This document shows positions 26,916 to 32,000 of a stretch of DNA of 32,000 bases, in pieces. This DNA comes from Propionibacteriaceae bacterium. GTDB lineage: Bacteria; Actinomycetota; Actinomycetes; Propionibacteriales; Propionibacteriaceae. How positions within the stretch are numbered: the first letter of the stretch is position 1; each line of letters opens with the position of its first letter. Under the pieces are notes generated by a model, which saw nothing but the letters and a program-made list of their open reading frames with translations, was not told where the DNA came from and ran no database searches. The position numbers and the translations under genes are program-made. Location of the stretch: positions 128,830-160,829 of the forward strand of contig JAIRQE010000019.1 of assembly GCA_031256725.1 (NCBI GenBank), in the 5' to 3' direction.

Positions 26916-27211
26916 GTACACTCAAACCAATTACCGTGAATGTTGATGCCTACCTTGGCCTAAACAAGTACGAAGTAGATGAAGGAAACCCACATATCGA
27001 GGTTGCTCCTGAGCCTGAAACAGAACTCTTCAAGGAACTAGTACGTATATGCCCAGCTGGGTTGTACAAGATGGATGGGGATCAACCCATGTCCGTTGAC
27101 TTCGCTGGATGCCTAGAATGCGGCACATGTCGCATAGTCGGCGCCGGTGCAATCATCGCCTCATGGCGATATCCGTCAGCCACTATGGGCATAGAGTACA
27201 GGTACGGCTAA
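26912..27211 (+). CDS. fixX: Ferredoxin-like protein FixX
   Basis: CPAGLYK...DFAGCLECGTCRIVG...YPSATMGIEYRYG parallels E. coli FixX. ATGA overlap with fixC. Confidence 0.9.
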   Translation: MSTLKPITVNVDAYLGLNKYEVDEGNPHIEVAPEPETELFKELVRICPAGLYKMDGDQPMSVDFAGCLECGTCRIVGAGAIIASWRYPSATMGIEYRYG

Positions 27212-27305
27212 AACCTTGGGAATACTCTCAGCTCCATCCTTGTTCCATCATTATCAATACAGATTACAATTGAAATAGGTATTCAAAATCTCGGAGGGGA
27301 TGGAG

Positions 27306-28733
27306 ATGACTACAGCACAGGGACGATCTGTCTTGGATAGGCTCGTCGACGATTCACGGATGAAATACCTCGGGTTAGTCTTAGTACTCACCTGGCATTA
27401 CACCCTGTGGTTCGTTCCGACGGCCTTTCCAGCAACCTTCCTCTTGGATGACCGAATCACCTTCGGATGGCTCACCGCGCTGACGTGTACTGTAATCACC
27501 ACGGTCGCCCTTGCCCTCGCTCTTGGGAGAACACGGCATCTCCCCCAGTCCGGATGGCTCCTTTGGACAGTTTCTGGTCTCGGGTGTGTCGCAACCTTGA
27601 CACTCACTCTTGGATGCGGCACAACCCGAGGCCCACTCATTTGCTATCTAGCAAGTGCCCTTATTGGGATCTGCGCGGGATTTCTATGGGTCATGTGGGG
27701 TGAAAGGTATGCCTGTCAACGAGCCCAATTCACCATGGGTCGTCTGGCACCCGTCTACGGGATCGTCCTCCTTGCAGGGTTGATAGCGGTCTACCTCCTT
27801 CCAGGTATCCTTGCCCCGATTCTTGTCTGTCTCATGCCTGTCACCTCTGGGCTGCTTCTCAACCTCAGTTGGCGCAAGTCACAATCGGTGAGCTTTCCTC
27901 CGATCCTCACCAGGAACACCACCCGTCATGCGACCCTCAGCATCGTCATAGTGTGCCTCATCTCTTTCATCGTGGCCTATGTCAGCTACTTCGTGGTGGC
28001 GATCGTACCCTGGGAGGATCTGTGGGGTGTCGAACGAAGCTTCACCTTCGGAGTCGGTATCGGGGCAATACTCATCCTGGTTATTGGCCTTGCCCATGCC
28101 CGACTACAGGGGAAAACCACGATCTTCAAACTCTTCCCCTGGATCCTACTATTCTCCCTTGTGGCATGCCTGTTATGCCTATCATCCTATCCGGAAGATT
28201 TCACAGGATTCCTTCTTGCCCTCACCGCATCCTCGGTTCTCGAAGTCCTAGTGATCATGTATATGGCACGTCTGACTCTCAGCGGCTATACCCCTTCCGC
28301 AACAGCCTTCGGCATGAGTGCAGCAGCCATCCGATTCGGGATACTTCTCGGCAATGGTACCGCTCTCATCTATGAACGCATTCCAGGATTCCAAGACCTG
28401 TGGACCCAACCAACCCTGCTGGTTTTCGTTGTTGTCCTGGCTGGCCTTCTCATTCCTTTGGTACGACAGGAGTACTCCATTAACGACCTCACTGTTGCCC
28501 CTGTGGATGCCTCACAGTGGAGTACCACCCTTGAAGGAATCAGCAAACAATTCCATCTGTCTGCACGCGAGACTGAGATTCTTGAACTCTTGGGCCGCGG
28601 ATACACCGCCACTGCCGTAGCCGAAAAACTCATCATCTCCCCCCACACAGTCAACACCCATGTTCAACACATCTACGAAAAGATGGGAATCCATCGCCGT
28701 TCTGAACTCTTGGACTATCTCAATAAAGGTTAG
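27306..28733 (+). CDS. Membrane-embedded LuxR-family transcriptional regulator (about 12 TM N-terminal domain plus C-terminal LuxR HTH)
   Basis: About 400 aa of successive hydrophobic helices, then LSARETEILELLGRGYTATAVAEKLIISPHTVNTHVQHIYEKMGIHRRSELLDYL (GerE/LuxR HTH). GGAGG lies 8 nt before ATG 27306. The alternative ATG is at 27300. Confidence 0.85.
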   Translation: MTTAQGRSVLDRLVDDSRMKYLGLVLVLTWHYTLWFVPTAFPATFLLDDRITFGWLTALTCTVITTVALALALGRTRHLPQSGWLLWTVSGLGCVATLTLTLGCGTTRGPLICYLASALIGICAGFLWVMWGERYACQRAQFTMGRLAPVYGIVLLAGLIAVYLLPGILAPILVCLMPVTSGLLLNLSWRKSQSVSFPPILTRNTTRHATLSIVIVCLISFIVAYVSYFVVAIVPWEDLWGVERSFTFGVGIGAILILVIGLAHARLQGKTTIFKLFPWILLFSLVACLLCLSSYPEDFTGFLLALTASSVLEVLVIMYMARLTLSGYTPSATAFGMSAAAIRFGILLGNGTALIYERIPGFQDLWTQPTLLVFVVVLAGLLIPLVRQEYSINDLTVAPVDASQWSTTLEGISKQFHLSARETEILELLGRGYTATAVAEKLIISPHTVNTHVQHIYEKMGIHRRSELLDYLNKG

Positions 28734-28872
28734 TTAAGGGGACGTATCTTCTAACACACTTTATTTGAAATCCATGAAGATTTGATCGCTGTACCGGGTA
28801 CTGCATGTCGAAACTGCGCCACCGTCGTTGGATACACCAATTGTGAGCCTTGATAGTGGAGTTTGGGATGAG

Positions 28873-29103
28873 TCAGGGACGGGCAATCCGGGGTTTGCAC
28901 TGGATGCGAAATACACAGCTTCCACATCCGGTTGTGGGGCATCCTGAAGCTAGTGGCATAGATGCTAGGCGCCCTGCTCGTACCAGGTGGTCGACGCAGG
29001 CGGTGACGACTTCTGTACTCAACCCAGTGGTGTGGGCAATCGTTGACACAGACCGCTGATTCTTACTAGCGGCCTCCAGGACCATGGACAGTGGGCCGCT
29101 CAT
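28873..29103 (-). CDS. feoC: FeoC-like winged-helix protein
   Basis: 76 aa from an ATG that overlaps the feoB stop (ATGA). The HTH-like region is SVSTIAHTTGLSTEVVTACVDHLVRAGRL. The Cys cluster CPTTGCGSCVFRIQC has the same C-x4-C-x2-C-x5-C spacing as E. coli FeoC. Confidence 0.65.
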   Translation of the reverse strand: MSGPLSMVLEAASKNQRSVSTIAHTTGLSTEVVTACVDHLVRAGRLASMPLASGCPTTGCGSCVFRIQCKPRIARP

Positions 29104-31055
29104 AGGACGAGCCTTAGAATCTGGAAGGCCACGATGGAGGCGACAGTGGCCGTACCGATCTGAAGAATGATGCCAAAGCCGGTCCACTTCCAGCCAACCT
29201 CCCTGACTTGGGCAGCCAGGGTGGCGACACAGGGGGTGTACGCAAGGAAATAGATCATGAATGCGACGACTGCAGCCAGGGTGTGACCACCTGAGGAGAT
29301 ATAGAAGGCAGTCTGGATGTGGTCACCCAAACTGGTGAAGTCCTCAAGGTTGGCGATCCCATAGGTTTGACCCCAACTGGAGATGACGGCCTCCTTGGCG
29401 ACGAATCCAACAACGAGGGCTGAGACCGTTTCCCAGGAGCCGAAGCCAGCCGGAGCAAAGATGGGGGCAACCCCCATGGCGAGCCATGCGTAGAGGGAGT
29501 CAGCAACCTCAATCTGCCCGAAGGTACCACCATTGACGGGGATCGCTTGGAAGAGCCACACGAGGATGACCGCAACAACAATGATGCCACCAGCAGTTTC
29601 GAGGAATCCTCTCAGGCGTACCCAGGTCATTGACCAAGTGAGTCTCAGTGTTGGCACTTGGTACGGCGGGAGGTCGATCACCAAGGGCTCGGAAGCCATC
29701 GCGCGCCATAAGGTACCACGAAGAGCCAGACCACCGATGACCACCAAGAGAATGGAAACGAGGTACATAGCAAAGACGGCCGTACCTGCCCATTTTCCGA
29801 AGAAGACCGTACCCAACATGACGAAGACCGTCAGACGGGCCGTACATGCGGTGAACGGAATCAGCATCACGGTCAGGAGTCGTTGTCGGGGGGAAGATAG
29901 GACACGAGTCGCTGCGATGGCGGGTACATTACACCCAAAGCCCACGACGAGCGGAAGGAAAGCCTGACCGGGAAGACCCAGGACACCCATCATCCGATCT
30001 GTGAGTACTGCCGCTCGTGCAAGATAACCGGAATCCTCCAGGAGGGCGAGAAGGATGAACATCAATGTCATCAGGGGTGCGAAGGTGAGCAGCATCCCCA
30101 CACCGGAGATGAGCCCATTGACGAGAAAACCTTCAACCCATGTACCACCAAGGCCGACGAGTTCAGTCAACCAGATCGCCCCTTCGGAGACTGGCCCTGC
30201 AAACAGATCCCCCAGGAAATCTTGGAGGGGGGCAGCCACAGTTGTGGTGAGTTGGAAGACCAACCACATGACACCCAGGAAAATCAGTGGCCCCAGGAAG
30301 GGAGCAAGAATAAAGCGATCCACCTTGTCGGAGAAACGCTGAATATCCGAACTGGTTTCCGTCATTGAGCAATCCAAGATCTCAGCGATCCAGCCGAAAC
30401 GCTCATCTTCCTCTTCCTCAATGGCAAGCATGCGTATCCGCGGTTCGGGCATTGGGGCTTCAAGTGCTTCGTGAATGGCTTCGGTGAGTTCATCGAAGCC
30501 TTTACGTCGGCGAGGATCAACCTTGACGACGGGAACCCCAAGTACCTTCGAAAGAGTCTTCGTATGAACCTGAATTCCGTGGCGTTCAGCCACATCCACC
30601 ATGGTGACCGCCACAACCATTCGACGGGATTCCTCACGCAACTCACTGACGAGATAAAGGCTTCGTGCGAGGTGGGCGGCATCCACAACGACCAGCGTCA
30701 GATCGGGGCCTGGTATCTCCTCGACTACCATGGTACGGGTGAACTCCTCATCCGGGGATGCCGAACTCAGGGAGTAGGCCCCAGGCAGGTCAACCATCGC
30801 AACCTTGAACTGGTCACATTCCTTCTTGGATGTACCACGGGGGTGATGGCGCCACAGTCCCCGGGCAACCTCAACGGTCGTACCAGGCCAGTTTCCCATG
30901 GTCACCCTGGAGCCAGTGAGCTCATTGAAGAGGGTGGATTTTCCCACGTTTGGCGCCCCCACGATGGCAATAACGGCATCACCGTCAACGACATTATCGT
31001 AGGTCTGATGACATGACGGGGTCAGAATCTGTGCTCCCTGATTTTGCTTGCTCAC
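29100..31055 (-). CDS. feoB: Ferrous iron transporter FeoB
   Basis: N-terminal G-domain IAIVGAPNVGKSTLFNELTG...NWPGTTVE...DLPG, followed by a polytopic membrane domain. The proposed GTG start at 31055 forms a GTGA overlap with the feoA stop and has GGAGG 7 nt upstream. The alternative is ATG 31073. Confidence 0.92.
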   Translation of the reverse strand: MSKQNQGAQILTPSCHQTYDNVVDGDAVIAIVGAPNVGKSTLFNELTGSRVTMGNWPGTTVEVARGLWRHHPRGTSKKECDQFKVAMVDLPGAYSLSSASPDEEFTRTMVVEEIPGPDLTLVVVDAAHLARSLYLVSELREESRRMVVAVTMVDVAERHGIQVHTKTLSKVLGVPVVKVDPRRRKGFDELTEAIHEALEAPMPEPRIRMLAIEEEEDERFGWIAEILDCSMTETSSDIQRFSDKVDRFILAPFLGPLIFLGVMWLVFQLTTTVAAPLQDFLGDLFAGPVSEGAIWLTELVGLGGTWVEGFLVNGLISGVGMLLTFAPLMTLMFILLALLEDSGYLARAAVLTDRMMGVLGLPGQAFLPLVVGFGCNVPAIAATRVLSSPRQRLLTVMLIPFTACTARLTVFVMLGTVFFGKWAGTAVFAMYLVSILLVVIGGLALRGTLWRAMASEPLVIDLPPYQVPTLRLTWSMTWVRLRGFLETAGGIIVVAVILVWLFQAIPVNGGTFGQIEVADSLYAWLAMGVAPIFAPAGFGSWETVSALVVGFVAKEAVISSWGQTYGIANLEDFTSLGDHIQTAFYISSGGHTLAAVVAFMIYFLAYTPCVATLAAQVREVGWKWTGFGIILQIGTATVASIVAFQILRLVL

Positions 31056-31300
31056 GCAACTGCCTCCACACATAGGGTACGTGCCAAAGCCCCACTCACC
31101 GCAACCCTCGAACCGTTCAAATCAATAATCTTTGCGCCCCCCGACGCTTTCTTCATCACCCGTACCTGAGCACCTGGACGCCAGCCCAAGGTCATCATCC
31201 TGTGTGCAACTACCGGATCAGTAGGAACATTGATGATGGTGAACGTCGAATTCAGTGGAGCTTTCGCCAAGCTGAACCCAGTGATCGGTGACGTGGTCAT
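31052..31300 (-). CDS. feoA: FeoA (ferrous iron transport protein A, SH3-like)
   Basis: 82 aa. LNSTFTIINV...HRMMTLGWRPGAQVRVMKKASGGAKIIDLNGSRVAVSGALARTL fits the FeoA domain. Located directly upstream of feoB. Confidence 0.85.
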   Translation of the reverse strand: MTTSPITGFSLAKAPLNSTFTIINVPTDPVVAHRMMTLGWRPGAQVRVMKKASGGAKIIDLNGSRVAVSGALARTLCVEAVA

Positions 31301-31318
31301 AAGGTTAGGCTAACCTAA
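31300..31318. promoter_or_regulatory. DtxR/IdeR-type iron box
   Basis: TAAGGTTAGGCTAACCTAA matches the 19-bp IdeR/DtxR consensus TTAGGTTAGGCTAACCTAA at 18 of 19 positions (hand count). It abuts the feoA start codon. Confidence 0.65.
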
Positions 31319-31412
31319 CTTTTGAGGATTACGCAAGTCAGCGCTTTTAAAATGAAATAATTCACGATACCTTGAATATTGGGGCAAGGATTGACGTCAA
31401 TGACGACTACTG

Positions 31413-32000
31413 TCATTCTTTCCAACAATCATGCTCAGCTTCAATCGGCTCTGCCTGCTCAAGCCAATCTTGATATAGTTCACGCTGAGACAAACATACC
31501 CCAACTTCCTCAGAAGACAAATCACCCCCAAAAGAAGCCGCATCAAGAATATCCACCATCATCCTTGTCGTTGAATAATCCCAAAGATGCAAGTAGACAC
31601 ACCGCCTATCGACAACTTGAGGATCAACAACATTCGACCATTGCCGAGCCCTATCAACTACTATCAAAGCCTGATCACGGGACATAAACTGTAAAGTAAC
31701 CCCCCAAAAAAACAAACCATCAAGCTTTGATGACATACTTGGAGGGTAATCTGGTTCGGCCACCTCAAACCACTCTTCTAAATCCTCAATGAAATTCACA
31801 CAAGTTGACCTCTCACATCTAGTCAACTGATCAGTATTCAATGCAAGAGAAATCAACCTGAACATAACTTGCGCTGTCGAATACCCCCATGGAATAAACA
31901 AGAAATCCTGCGGACTATCTGTATCAGACACAAAGATATTAGGCCATTCCTGCGACAGTTCAACAATCTCATCCGCCTGAGCCGCCGTCAATCCAGGCAG
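31413..32000 (-). CDS. Hypothetical acidic Trp-rich protein with an internal ~90-aa duplication (5' end probably outside the window)
   Basis: The frame is open to the window edge, and the ORF-track start at 31991 is a TTG. Two gap-free 65-residue blocks share W..N(16)W.YST..M(27)W.E.AEP. The local DNA is visibly more AT-rich than its neighbours. Confidence 0.55.
   Translation of the reverse strand: MPGLTAAQADEIVELSQEWPNIFVSDTDSPQDFLFIPWGYSTAQVMFRLISLALNTDQLTRCERSTCVNFIEDLEEWFEVAEPDYPPSMSSKLDGLFFWGVTLQFMSRDQALIVVDRARQWSNVVDPQVVDRRCVYLHLWDYSTTRMMVDILDAASFGGDLSSEEVGVCLSQRELYQDWLEQAEPIEAEHDCWKE

Noticed and set aside
28738-28758. GGGGACGTATCTTCTAACACA, just after the LuxR gene stop, matches 16 of 21 positions of the palindrome arm at 22254-22274. 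A looser GTCAGGGACGG match lies at about 28868.
   Set aside because: There is no inverted partner. The identity is only marginally above what could arise by chance in a 32-kb, two-strand search. A genome-wide BLASTN is needed before calling it a second copy of the element.
28734-28872. Possible bidirectional terminator between the convergent LuxR and feoC genes
   Set aside because: Only weak 5-bp stems were found (AAATC...GATTT, GTACC-G-GGTAC), with no GC-rich hairpin followed by a T-run. There is not enough to call a terminator.
31379-31687. 102-aa plus-strand ORF (Gln/Pro/His-rich)
   Set aside because: It lies antisense to the internally duplicated hypothetical gene, has low-complexity composition and starts in the feoA promoter region. 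It is a shadow ORF.
1-32000. CRISPR arrays, rRNA or tRNA genes, intact IS elements or integrases
   Set aside because: Scanning by eye found no regularly spaced repeats longer than the three short ones reported, no rRNA or tRNA signatures, and no transposase or integrase catalytic domains.

Overview
This looks like a chromosomal segment from a moderate-GC actinobacterium. That is inferred from the murI-rph-rdgB and thyA-folA synteny known from mycobacteria, and from SD-type RBSs with ATGA/GTGA coupled genes. No tRNA, rRNA or CRISPR array was seen by eye.

Gene content, left to right:
- (1) 1-1250: a GC-rich, apparently degraded edge with small HTH genes.
- (2) 1259-8108: a LacI-regulated ABC sugar importer (binding protein plus two permeases) divergent from an intracellular GH3 beta-glucosidase. 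Palindromic operators lie in the shared promoter.
- (3) 8484-9734: a solitary AAA+/PD-(D/E)xK (DUF4143-type) ATPase, flanked by AT-rich DNA.
- (4) 9874-14861: a tightly coupled minus-strand array, murI-rph-rdgB-thyA-folA-dinB.
- (5) 15350-27211: an 11-gene plus-strand operon, followed at 27306-28733 by a roughly 12-TM membrane-anchored LuxR regulator.
- (6) 28873-31300: feoA-feoB-feoC with a near-consensus DtxR/IdeR iron box.
- (7) 31413-32000: a low-GC, internally duplicated hypothetical gene running off the right edge.

The 11-gene operon is the most interesting part. It interleaves homologues of the enterobacterial carnitine genes caiA, caiB and caiC with fixA, fixB, fixC and fixX. It lacks caiT, caiD, caiE and caiF. 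In their place it has two MFS transporters (one YaaU-like), an Aes-type esterase and a double-hotdog MaoC dehydratase.

Other oddities:
- A 70-nt near-perfect palindrome sits in frame inside the caiC-like gene.
- RdgB carries a Cys-rich C-terminal extension built from ~20-bp tandem repeats.

All homology statements rest on motif and by-eye comparison with remembered reference proteins. They need BLAST/HMM confirmation.
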